Below are positions 1 to 8,839 of a stretch of DNA of 64,000 nucleotides, one piece after another. The notes beneath the pieces are model-generated. The model saw only the letters and a program-made list of their open reading frames with translations. It ran no database searches and was not told where the DNA came from. The stretch spans positions 36,631 through 100,630 of the forward strand of contig VGNE01000006.1 of the NCBI GenBank assembly GCA_016866215.1, read 5' to 3'. The stretch comes from Chloroflexota bacterium (lineage in GTDB: Bacteria; Chloroflexota; Anaerolineae; Anaerolineales; Villigracilaceae). The number at the start of each line of letters is the position of its first letter. Positions within the stretch are counted from its first letter, which is position 1. The position numbers were made by a program, and so were the translations under genes.

Positions 1-578
1 ATCACCTGCGAGCGCAGTTCAATGTCGTCGGCCTTTTTGATTTCTGCAAATTTCAAGTCCAAAACCATCAGGGTTGCAATCGTCATCCCGCCCAGCATCA
101 GGGCAGTGACGTAGAACGAGATGATCACGGTGTGGGAATTCCATGCGGCTTGGGTGGGAATGAGGTATATACGCGCCATGCAATAGATCAAGTTCACGCC
201 GAAGAGGATTGCCAGCCAGCCGAGTGCGGTAATCAATTTGCGGCGATGAGTCTGGAAATAGGTCAAATACAACAATCCCATTGTCGCCAGGAAAAACAGG
301 ATATTGAAGACAATCTCCCTGCTAAGCCATGATGATTTAATATTAAGTACAGCCAGGAAGGAGTGAAAAGGTTTACTCAAATGAAAATGGGCGCCGCCCA
401 TTGCGACCACAGATGTAAACGCAATCACCAGGATGGGGTTGCTGATAATGCGGTCAATTTCCCTGGGGCTGAATTTGGACCCCGCAAGGTAACGGATTAG
501 CCACAGCACGATCAGCGCGCCTACTGCAAGCTGCAACAGGATGGTATAAACAGGCAAAGCCCATTCACGGACGTTCAT
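1..578 (-). CDS. DmsC-like membrane anchor subunit (DMSO-reductase family), partial; C-terminus runs off the window
   Basis: Absent from the ORF track because there is no stop in the window. Reverse-strand ATG at 578-576. My translation MNVREWALPVYTILLQLAVGALIV...HLSKPFHSFLAVLNIKSSWLSREIVF...ARIYLIPTQAAWNSH is polytopic and parallels DmsC landmarks as I remember them. It lies 33 nt downstream of the kinase gene on the same strand. Confidence 0.6.
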   Translation of the reverse strand, partial: MNVREWALPVYTILLQLAVGALIVLWLIRYLAGSKFSPREIDRIISNPILVIAFTSVVAMGGAHFHLSKPFHSFLAVLNIKSSWLSREIVFNILFFLATMGLLYLTYFQTHRRKLITALGWLAILFGVNLIYCMARIYLIPTQAAWNSHTVIISFYVTALMLGGMTIATLMVLDLKFAEIKKADDIELRSQV

Positions 579-610
579 TGCATTAATTCACTCCATCATG
601 ATTGAAATGG

Positions 611-2665
611 TCAACGGATCACCACGCTTTGTTTCTGTAATCTTTCCTGTTGTAAACATGGGAGGCAGCATTCGATGCAGGTGCCGTTGCCAATGCTGGA
701 TTTAATGGTCAGGTTACCGCTGGCGCTTTCGGCGCGTTCCTGCATCGTTTGCAAGCCGAAATTGCGTTTTGAGCCTGCCATCACGAAACCGATCCCGTCG
801 TCAATAATTTGCATGTGAATGTGGTCTCCATCTCCAAGGATTTCCTTCCTGATCGCCACATCCACCTGGCTGGCTTGTGCGTGCTTTCGCACGTTCGTCA
901 TCGCCTCCTGCAGGATACAAACAAATTGAACCTCCGCAATGGATGAGAGATTCAAGTCACCGTCCACTTGATAGGCGAACGATGTTTTGAGCCCCGTCTG
1001 GATTTCAAACTCTGAAAGATATTCCTGCACCGCCGCTTCCAGCCCCTTCTCCTGCGCAAGTGTGGTGCGAAGACTCAAAATATTCTCTCGCACATCAGCG
1101 TGCGCGGTTCGGATCGCCTGCCGCATCTGCAAAAGTTCAGTCTGAAGTTTTTCGGTCCTGCCCTGGTTCAGCAGAGACCCGAGCGTTTGCACTTGCAGAT
1201 TCAAGTAACCAAGCACCTGCGCCAGCCCGTCATGCATCTCACGCGCGATGCGTCCGCGTTCCTGCACGATGGACAATGATTGAAGCTGCGAAGTCATCAA
1301 GCCATGCTGGATGGCAATTGCAACCTGGTCTGCCATGCTTTCGAGCCAGATCGCGTCGGTCTCTGAAAATTGAGTGCTCTCGATGCGCGCGATCCATAAG
1401 GATCCGATGACCGTGTTTTCCAATTGAAGCGGCACGATAACAATGGCTCTGGCTGGCTCATCCGTAAAGAAGCAGACACCCTCGAAAATCTCAATGGATT
1501 CATTTCCCAGGGACCGATACGAGGCGGAGGTTCGCATCGCATTCTTAACAAGGGAGTTGGTCACGCGTATTGGGGCATTATCCACCAGTTGGGTTTTTCC
1601 ACCGCTCGAATAGCATTTCAACTCGAGAGCGGAGTTTTCCTGGTTGGTGATTGCCACACCGACAAAATCCGTGTTCAGCAACTGGTGGACGTTATCCACG
1701 ATATAAATCAGGATATCGTCCACGTGCTCGAGTTTGGCAATGCGGCGGCTGATGTTGATCAGTGCATTCGTCCAATTTTCCGCCATTTGCCGCTCGTGAA
1801 TTTGCGCCGCGATCCTCTCCCTTTGTGCGCGGTCCCGTTCCTGCTGAAGGGCCAGCACCTGCCGTCTGCGGATGGCTTCGAACACATCCAGCGCCTTCAC
1901 CACAAAGAACGTAACGATCACCGCCGATAACATGCGCCAGATTTCAATTGGCAAACCCGTTGTATTCAAAACGCTTTCGTAATCCAGCCACGGGTACAAG
2001 GCATAGGGCTGGGTTACTTCCAGACTTTCTCCGATGAATGCGGTGTGGATGACACGATCATAGTTGTAATAGGATGCTGGACCATACGGCGCGGCTGGCA
2101 CGATCAATCCCATCACCACCGCTTCAAGGATAAACGCCAATCCCGCCCCCAGCATCAGGTTGGAGACATCATATAGGCCAAGTTTTCGCTGCGAGTGCCA
2201 TTGACGCAGGAACCCCGTCCCAGCGAGTAAACTGCCGGGGAGGTAGAGGAGATAGCGGGTCCAAATTTCGATCGGGATTTCGATTGGGGATGGTGTTATG
2301 AAAGTGGTAGTCGCGTAGGTGATCACAAACGCAATCGGGACGATCAAAATCCCCGGAATGAAAATGCTCCAGGCGGGCAGGGGATTCAGGTTGTTCAGCA
2401 TTCCCCATCCAAACCGCAGGAGTAACCCTCCGGTTAGCATGTGAAGGAACACCCGTAAAATGCTCAGGATATTCACGATCTCTTCGAGCGAGCCGCTTGC
2501 CAAAAACATGTCCACCCAACCTGCTGCGCCGCCTACGAAACCAAAAGCTGCCAGCCAGGGCAGTTCGCGCTTTAGTGGAAAATCTCCCTCTCTCCTCAAT
2601 TGCAAATACGTAGCCAGCCCCAGCCCCTCAAATGCCAAGCCGTAGAAGAAGTATAGGATAATCAA
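611..2665 (-). CDS. Sensor histidine kinase: N-terminal polytopic membrane domain, GAF, HisKA_3 (NarX/DesK type), HATPase_c
   Basis: 684-aa ORF with a TTG start. The first ~260 aa are hydrophobic helices. H-box ERGRIAREMHDGLAQVLGYL. C-terminal ATPase motifs (QEAMTNVRKHA, DDGIGF, GLQTMQERA). Confidence 0.85.
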   Translation of the reverse strand: MIILYFFYGLAFEGLGLATYLQLRREGDFPLKRELPWLAAFGFVGGAAGWVDMFLASGSLEEIVNILSILRVFLHMLTGGLLLRFGWGMLNNLNPLPAWSIFIPGILIVPIAFVITYATTTFITPSPIEIPIEIWTRYLLYLPGSLLAGTGFLRQWHSQRKLGLYDVSNLMLGAGLAFILEAVVMGLIVPAAPYGPASYYNYDRVIHTAFIGESLEVTQPYALYPWLDYESVLNTTGLPIEIWRMLSAVIVTFFVVKALDVFEAIRRRQVLALQQERDRAQRERIAAQIHERQMAENWTNALINISRRIAKLEHVDDILIYIVDNVHQLLNTDFVGVAITNQENSALELKCYSSGGKTQLVDNAPIRVTNSLVKNAMRTSASYRSLGNESIEIFEGVCFFTDEPARAIVIVPLQLENTVIGSLWIARIESTQFSETDAIWLESMADQVAIAIQHGLMTSQLQSLSIVQERGRIAREMHDGLAQVLGYLNLQVQTLGSLLNQGRTEKLQTELLQMRQAIRTAHADVRENILSLRTTLAQEKGLEAAVQEYLSEFEIQTGLKTSFAYQVDGDLNLSSIAEVQFVCILQEAMTNVRKHAQASQVDVAIRKEILGDGDHIHMQIIDDGIGFVMAGSKRNFGLQTMQERAESASGNLTIKSSIGNGTCIECCLPCLQQERLQKQSVVIR

Positions 2666-2721
2666 TTACAGAACCTGATCCTGATGAGCGTTTTACACCT
2701 TTTGTGAAATTATTCCCAACT

Positions 2722-2750
2722 ATTTTAGTGGTTTATGTATAAGTTGACAA
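2722..2750 (-). promoter_or_regulatory. Candidate sigma70-type promoter for the kinase gene
   Basis: On the minus strand, TTGTCA (2750-2745), a 17-nt spacer, then TAAAAT (2727-2722), about 55 nt upstream of the TTG start. It overlaps the palindrome TGACTAAAGTCA. Confidence 0.3.
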
Positions 2751-2779
2751 ATGACTAAAGTCACTAGTTTGTGTTCCGA

Positions 2780-3376
2780 TTATCCGCCCATGACTATCTT
2801 CGGACGATATTGCAGCGCCTCCGCCAGGTGTGGGGATTGGATGTCTTCACTCCATGCCAGATCAGCAATTGTGCGCGATAGTTTCAGGATGTGGTGATAG
2901 GCGCGCGCGGATAACTGCAATTGACTCATGCACAGCACGATGTGGCCGCCCGCATCAAGCTCTGATGCTTCGACACGGCTCAGCACGACGCCTTCGGGTT
3001 GTAACTTGCAAAATTGCCGTATCTCCCTGACGCGCATGTCCGCGTTGCAGACGATGTCGGGGGATTGGCGATTGGTAAATCGTAATTGTTGGATGCTTCT
3101 TGCAGCTTGGACTCGTTTCCGGATGGCTTCGCTGGTTTCGCCGAGTCTATCCGCGCTGAGTTTTTCGTAGTCCACGCGCGGGACTTCGATGCGGCACGCC
3201 GTGTCAATGCGGTCGAGAAGAGGACCTGAGATTCGTTTTTGATATTTTGTGACCACAACCGGCGCGCAAGTGCAGGGTCTGAGGGAGTCGCCGTAATAGC
3301 CGCAGGGACAGGGATGAACACAATCAGACATGTTTTTCGTGCCTGATAAGGGATAAAAAGGTGATTTTGAAGGCAA
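2780..3376 (-). pseudogene. comM: comM/yifB (Mg-chelatase-like ATPase) 3'-terminal fragment, diverged copy of the last ~175 codons
   Basis: The ORF reads ...CPCGYYGDSLRPCTCAPVVVTKYQKRISGPLLDRID...LQLSARAYHHILKLSRTIADL...HLAEALQYRP, colinear with the C-terminus of the intact comM at 14045..15595. The AAA+ N-terminal two-thirds is absent. It carries an extra in-frame segment containing the CTTCGACACGGCTCAG repeat (2968-2983). Confidence 0.8.
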
Positions 3377-3545
3377 TTTTTACGAATGATGGGAAAATAT
3401 GTAGAATTTAGCGCGGAGCCTGAATTATACCCGTATACCTGATATGTACCCACCAAAGTAACATTTTATCTTAATGCATTACGCTGGGCAGCTCCTTGTC
3501 GAACTCCAGGGCCGGTGGGAAACCAAATTGTGGAAGCATACTTTA

Positions 3546-3574
3546 TTGAATTACAACCGCGCTTGTGCTACACT
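3546..3574 (+). promoter_or_regulatory. Candidate promoter of the V/A-ATPase operon
   Basis: TTGAAT (3546-3551), a 17-nt spacer, then TACACT (3569-3574). This would give a ~200-nt leader before the first gene. Confidence 0.3.
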
Positions 3575-3775
3575 AATATTGAAAGATTTTTCACAAAAGG
3601 ATGCCTGCCGTGAGTATGGCCTCTTTCATCCGTGTCAAAAGCCGTCCTGAAAACTGAGAGGCATTTTGCGCCGCAATCCTGCAGTGGGGAAAGCATCGGG
3701 ATTATCAGGCGCCCGCTGCGGCAAAACGGTTGACCAATTATTCCAGCGTACCTGCTGGGATGGAGGAATCTTTTT

Positions 3776-4138
3776 ATGACCGATCAAACGTCCGCTGCCG
3801 AGTTGTCGCCACTGGATCAAATCCGACTGGTTGAAGCAGAAATAACACGCAAAATTGTCGCCGCACGGGAAGCATCTGAGCGCAGGGCGGCGGATGCGCG
3901 CGCGCAATCCACTCTTCTCAAAAAGCAGGCGCACGATTCCGGAAACCGCGAAGGGCAGATCCGTTACAAAGAGATCGTATCCAAAGCCGAAGAGGAGGCG
4001 CGGACAATTGTTGCGCATGCGCACAACCAGGCCGAAGAGCTCCGCCGAAAAGGACAAGCCCGCATGGAGGCGGCCATCCAGGAGGCTATTCACGTTGTCC
4101 TCGGGCTGAAAGGAGGTGGGAACTCAAATGAACCTTGA
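3776..4138 (+). CDS. V/A-type ATPase peripheral-stalk subunit (G, called H in some annotations)
   Basis: 120-aa charged coiled-coil protein (AEITRKIVAAREASERRAADARAQ...EEEARTIVAHAHNQAEELRRK). It is the first gene of the operon, as in the Thermus G-I-L-E-C-F-A-B-D order. RBS GGAGGA precedes the ATG. Confidence 0.6.
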   Translation: MTDQTSAAELSPLDQIRLVEAEITRKIVAAREASERRAADARAQSTLLKKQAHDSGNREGQIRYKEIVSKAEEEARTIVAHAHNQAEELRRKGQARMEAAIQEAIHVVLGLKGGGNSNEP

Positions 4139-6014
4139 AATGATCCCTGTTGAAATTGTGGGACTTAAAACCAATTTGCAGGCTGTTATTCGTATCATAC
4201 GGCAGATGGGTTGTATGCATATTGAAGAGTTGACTGATCTCCCCGAAGTTTCAGCGCGCCCGCTCTCGCTGGATCGGGATACGCTTCGTCAACAGGAGGA
4301 ACTCAGTTTACTTGTGGCGCGTGTTGGAGGATTACTGGATGCCTTGGGCGGCATCCATCAAAAGTCCGTGATTTCCTTGACGGGAAATTATCTGGCTGAG
4401 GCTCGCGCAGGTGTGGAAGAACTTATGCCTAAAGTGAAGGCGTTTACTTCGCAGCGCGAGCGGCTTGAATCCGAACTTACGTCCCTGCCGCGCTACGAGG
4501 CTACTTTACGCAAACTATTGCCGATCATCCCATCATCTGTGCGTGATGCGGGGAACAGGTCGGTGGGCATCCTGGTCAATCGGGAACACATGGACATCCT
4601 GGATGCAATCGGTAAACGTGTAGTTGACCTGACCCAGGGACGCGCCGAGGTGGTAGCCAGCGATGTGGATGTTGCCACGCGCGCCATGTTGATCGTCTTC
4701 CCCGAGAAATTCACAAACGAGATCGAAGCTCTGCTGGGCCGCGAGGATATTTCGCGTCTGCGTCTGCCTGCCGAGTTGGGAGACGGCTCTCCCGATGTTG
4801 TCCTTGCGGCCTTGTACCGCCGCATGGCATCCATCCCCGAACAGATTAAAGAGATCAACCGTGAACTGGCAAGCCTGTCTGCGCAATGGCGCGAAAAACT
4901 TGCTCTCTGGCGCGCCGTTTTGCAGGATGAGATCGAAGCCTCGCGCGTCTTGCCGCGCTTCGGCGAAACCGACCTGACCTTTGTGCTGGCAGGCTGGGTC
5001 CCAGCGAAAGAGATTGAACGAGTTGAAATGGCTCTTCGGGAGAACGTCGGCAATGAGGTGTTCATCCAGAAATTGAAGATGACTCCTGAAATGAAAAAAC
5101 GGGCGCCGGTCATCCTGCAAAATCCGCGACTCGCCAAACCTTTTGAGAGCCTGGTCAAACTGCTCGCCCTGCCGCGTTACGGACACATTGACCCGACGCG
5201 CCTGATGGCGTTCTTCCTGCCCATCTTCTTTGGCATGATCCTCGGTGACGTGGGTTATGGCATCCTGGCGCTGGCGCTCAGCCTCGGTTTTTTGCGCCGC
5301 TTCAAAGAAGGTGTGCTGCGCGACATTCTCATCGTGCTGGCGATGGGGGCGGGCTGGTCCATCCTGTTCGGCTTTTTGTATGGCGAGGCATTTGGCACAT
5401 TGGGCGAATATGTCGGGATGCACGCACTATGGTTCGACCGCACCAGTCCAGAACACGTAATGGGACTCCTCATTATGACTGTGGCAGTCGGCGCGGTTCA
5501 CGTTACGCTGGGTTTGATCCTCGGTGTGTGGGAAGCCATCAAAGACAAGAGTCGCAACCACCTGTTGGAGCGCGGCGGGATGCTCGTGGGCTTGATCGGT
5601 CTCTTTTTCATGGTCGGCGTGTTGACGGATTTCCTGCCGCAGGGATTCATGAGCGTTGCCATCGCCATCATCATTGTCGGCATCGTGTTGTTGAGCGCCT
5701 CGCTTGGCTGTCTGGGGATCGTGATGGGTCCCATCGAATTCATCACATTGGTCGGCAACGTGCTTTCCTATCTGCGTATCGCGGCCATCGGGCTGGCTTC
5801 CGTTTATCTGGCGAAAGTGGCAAACGAGGTGGCTGGGATCGCGGGCAATGTCGTCGTGGGCGCGATTCTCGCCATTTTGATCCATGCCCTGAATCTTGTC
5901 CTGGGCATGTTCAGCCCCATGATCCATAGTTTGCGTCTGCATTATGTGGAATTCTTCCGCAAGTTCTACGAAGGCGGCGGACGGCCGTATGAACCTTTCA
6001 GGAGTCGAATGTGA
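4128..6014 (+). CDS. atpI: V/A-type ATPase subunit I (membrane a-subunit)
   Basis: Soluble N-terminal half plus a C-terminal multi-TM half with the conserved SYLRIAAIGLAS...HSLRLHYVEFF region. Start chosen at ATG 4128 behind AGGAGG; the ORF track begins at 4116. Confidence 0.9.
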   Translation: MNLEMIPVEIVGLKTNLQAVIRIIRQMGCMHIEELTDLPEVSARPLSLDRDTLRQQEELSLLVARVGGLLDALGGIHQKSVISLTGNYLAEARAGVEELMPKVKAFTSQRERLESELTSLPRYEATLRKLLPIIPSSVRDAGNRSVGILVNREHMDILDAIGKRVVDLTQGRAEVVASDVDVATRAMLIVFPEKFTNEIEALLGREDISRLRLPAELGDGSPDVVLAALYRRMASIPEQIKEINRELASLSAQWREKLALWRAVLQDEIEASRVLPRFGETDLTFVLAGWVPAKEIERVEMALRENVGNEVFIQKLKMTPEMKKRAPVILQNPRLAKPFESLVKLLALPRYGHIDPTRLMAFFLPIFFGMILGDVGYGILALALSLGFLRRFKEGVLRDILIVLAMGAGWSILFGFLYGEAFGTLGEYVGMHALWFDRTSPEHVMGLLIMTVAVGAVHVTLGLILGVWEAIKDKSRNHLLERGGMLVGLIGLFFMVGVLTDFLPQGFMSVAIAIIIVGIVLLSASLGCLGIVMGPIEFITLVGNVLSYLRIAAIGLASVYLAKVANEVAGIAGNVVVGAILAILIHALNLVLGMFSPMIHSLRLHYVEFFRKFYEGGGRPYEPFRSRM

Positions 6015-6138
6015 TCCAAACCCTAAAGGTCTTTCTCGCAAAACGAGAGGCTGAATTTGCAAGAACGTATGCTTGAAACGCACTCTCGATTGCAAAGGAG
6101 ACCTTTGGGTTTTGGATAGTTACTACAAGGAGGCAAAA

Positions 6139-6381
6139 ATGGAAATTGACCTGACTACAATTGGAACCGGACTGACCGCAATCGGCGCGGGACTGGCAAT
6201 TGGCCTGGCTGCCGTCGGGACGGGTCTGGCGCAGGGACGGATTGGAGCGGCGGGGGCCGGCGTGATCGCCGAGAAACCAGAGGCGCTCGGGACGATGATC
6301 CTGCTCATCGCCATTCCCGAGACGATGGTCATTCTGGGCTTCGCAGTGGCGGCCATGCTGTTACTGCTTGGCGGCGAATAA
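6139..6381 (+). CDS. atpK: V/A-type ATPase proteolipid subunit K (c-ring)
   Basis: 80-aa two-helix hairpin with Gly/Ala-rich helix 1 and IAIPETMVILGF (carboxylate E) in helix 2. AGGAGG lies 6 nt before ATG 6139. Confidence 0.9.
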   Translation: MEIDLTTIGTGLTAIGAGLAIGLAAVGTGLAQGRIGAAGAGVIAEKPEALGTMILLIAIPETMVILGFAVAAMLLLLGGE

Positions 6382-6382
6382 G

Positions 6383-7009
6383 ATGAGTTTGCAGGCCATC
6401 CTCGGGAAGATCCGCGCTTCGGGAGAGGCGCAAGTTCAGGAGATCGAAAAGGGCGCGCAATCCCAGGTGAACGGGATACTGGCGCAGGCCCGGGTAGAAG
6501 CGCGCCAAATCGAAGAAGATGCCTGTGCGAATGCGAGCGCTCCAGCCATTGCGGAACGCGCGCGCATTCTCCATCGGGCGCGCCTGGAGTCTTTGCGGAT
6601 CGTCGGCGATGTGAGAGAAGTTCTGGTGGATACTGCCATCACCCGCACACGCGAACGCCTCGCCGCTGTCCGCGCGGATTCATCCTACCCGTCCGTGTTG
6701 CATACGCTGACCAAAGAAACGCTCGCTGAACTTGCATCAGGTGGAAAGGCCCAACTTCTGGCCGATCCACGCGACAGAGAGTTATTAAAAAATATACTCG
6801 GCGACTTGAAGTTGGATCTGCCCGTCAGTTACGAACTGAACTGCTGGGGCGGGCTGATTGCTAAAAGCGAAGATGGCCGCGTGGTTGTCATCAACACCTT
6901 CGAGTCCCGGCTGGAACGAGCAACCGCATTTTTACGCCACTATCTCGCGGCATTGTTTGAGGAGGAACAATCAGAGGTAAAACAAGTTGAGTTGATAGGG
7001 AGACCCTAA
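6383..7009 (+). CDS. atpE: V/A-type ATPase subunit E
   Basis: N-terminal coiled coil (LQAILGKIRASGEAQVQEIEKGAQSQV...) plus a globular C-terminal domain. Position in the operon fits. ATG 6383 lies 2 nt after the atpK stop. Confidence 0.8.
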   Translation: MSLQAILGKIRASGEAQVQEIEKGAQSQVNGILAQARVEARQIEEDACANASAPAIAERARILHRARLESLRIVGDVREVLVDTAITRTRERLAAVRADSSYPSVLHTLTKETLAELASGGKAQLLADPRDRELLKNILGDLKLDLPVSYELNCWGGLIAKSEDGRVVVINTFESRLERATAFLRHYLAALFEEEQSEVKQVELIGRP

Positions 7010-7146
7010 AGGTTTTTTAAGGTCTTCCTTCGTGACCACTTCGACACGGTGAGCGAAAGTCGAACCGTCAGTACAGGCTTTGTCCCTTCGTGTTTAAATC
7101 TTTTTCGGCTTGTCCGAGTTAGGGTCTGTTACCTGAAAGTTGTACT

Positions 7147-8220
7147 ATGGCTGATTATGATTACGGCAATGCGCGCATACACGTCATGAAATCCAGATTG
7201 CTTCCTCGACATGAACTGGAAACGCTGGCAGATGCAGGCAGCCTGCAGGGACTGATCGCGGCATTGACCAAAACCGTTTATCAGAAATCGGTTGAGGCCG
7301 CCCTGACGCGTGCCGCTGGTATGCAATGCATTGACGAGGCCCTGAGAACTGATCTCGTTAACACGGTTGGGAAGATGCGCGGCTTTTATATGGAAAGCGC
7401 TGGAAAGATGGTCGCGATTATTTTGCGAACTTACGATATTCATAACCTCAAGGCAATCCTGCGCGGACTCTCGAAGAATGTTCCCGCTGGCGATATTCTC
7501 ACGGTCTTACTGCCGATCGGCGAATTGAACATGAGTGTTCTCCGTGAATTGGCTCAGTTGAACAATCCACGCGAGGCGATAGACCTGCTCGCAAGCATGA
7601 GTCTTTCATTTGCCTGGCCGCTTCTTAACATGCGGGCGGAGGTTCCAGGCGCGGAGACATTCGAAATGGAATTGGCATTGGATCAGTGGTATTACGAAGA
7701 GTCCCGTCAAACGCTGCGAAGTGAGACAGGCATGGTAGACCCGCTGTCCTATGCCCTGGCGCTTGAGGCTGATCTGGCGAATGTGTTGACCGTCCTGCGT
7801 TTCGCCCAGGATCCGCACGAGCGCACCCTTTTGCGAGACCGGCTTGGCACTGACGAGATCGAGCATCTATTTATTGGGCAGGGGCGCATATCTTATGAAA
7901 TGCTCGCAAGCGCTTGCAGGCAGGATACGGTAACCAATGCCATAGAAACTCTGTCAGGAACATCCCTCGAACCGGCGTTGCGGACTGGATTGGAAGCCTA
8001 CGCGCGCTCGAATCGCCTGAGCGATATCGAAAGGCAACTGAAGCATTATCGGTTGGAATGGATGGCAGGGCAGATCACAAAAGACCCGCTGGGCATTGGC
8101 GTGGTTCTCGGCTATGTCGCGCTGAAGGTCAATGAAGTTGGCAACATTCGCTGGATCACGCAGGGGATCAACCTCGGGTTGAAAGCGGATGCCATTCGAG
8201 CGGAATTGGAGATGGTATGA
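7147..8220 (+). CDS. atpC: V/A-type ATPase subunit C (eukaryotic d homologue)
   Basis: 357 aa with the characteristic N-terminus DYDYGNARIHVMKSRLL and the repeated all-helical pattern, sitting between E and F. Confidence 0.85.
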   Translation: MADYDYGNARIHVMKSRLLPRHELETLADAGSLQGLIAALTKTVYQKSVEAALTRAAGMQCIDEALRTDLVNTVGKMRGFYMESAGKMVAIILRTYDIHNLKAILRGLSKNVPAGDILTVLLPIGELNMSVLRELAQLNNPREAIDLLASMSLSFAWPLLNMRAEVPGAETFEMELALDQWYYEESRQTLRSETGMVDPLSYALALEADLANVLTVLRFAQDPHERTLLRDRLGTDEIEHLFIGQGRISYEMLASACRQDTVTNAIETLSGTSLEPALRTGLEAYARSNRLSDIERQLKHYRLEWMAGQITKDPLGIGVVLGYVALKVNEVGNIRWITQGINLGLKADAIRAELEMV

Positions 8221-8341
8221 GCATTGATCTTAAACATTTGCGGCACTTGCGCAGGTTTGCAGCGCGACATTCATGTCGCCTTGCGCCGCCGAGCGACATA
8301 AATGTCGCGGTACGCCCCTGGTTGCGGTTGGAGACCTCGCT

Positions 8342-8689
8342 ATGAGTCAACTATTCGTTGTCACCCGCCCCGCCCTCGTCCCTGGTTTTCAATTGGCTGG
8401 GGTGGATGCTCATGGAGTGGAAGATGTGGAAGGCGCACAGGAGTTGATCGAAAAATGGATGACCGCTGGCGAGGTGGGTCTGCTGGCAATTGATGATGGC
8501 TTGCTGGCTCACATGGATACAGCCTTTTTGAAACGCCTCGCTTCTTCCGAGCATCTGCCCTACCTTGCGATTCCAGGCGGACAGCCTCTCGGCCCCGAAG
8601 CCTCGCAGAGACACCGCATCGCCGCGTTGATTCGGCGGGCGATTGGGTTTCATATTACTTTCAAGGGTGAGGAAGAAAGTGAAACGTAA
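8342..8689 (+). CDS. atpF: V/A-type ATPase subunit F
   Basis: ~115 aa, MSQLFVVTRPALVPGFQLAGVDAH...GLLAIDD, typical of subunit F. ATG 8342 is preferred over the upstream start in the ORF track. Confidence 0.8.
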   Translation: MSQLFVVTRPALVPGFQLAGVDAHGVEDVEGAQELIEKWMTAGEVGLLAIDDGLLAHMDTAFLKRLASSEHLPYLAIPGGQPLGPEASQRHRIAALIRRAIGFHITFKGEEESET

Positions 8690-8839
8690 AAGAGTCTCTT
8701 GCAAAAAGGTTCTTAAACACGAAGGACACGAAGTACACAAAGGTTTAAACAACAAAAGAACTTTCCTTCGTGTTCCTTTGTGGACTTTGTGTTTAATTGG
8801 TTTTTAGGGAACCTTTGGATCTTGAGAAAGTAGTGACGA

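Noticed and set aside
3601-3657. An 18-codon uORF (MPAVSMASFIRVKSRPEN) and hairpins in the ~200-nt leader of the V-ATPase operon, considered as a possible attenuator or riboswitch.
   Set aside because: The promoter call itself is weak. There is no terminator/antiterminator alternative that I can draw and no recognisable riboswitch core. It is left as an unannotated leader.
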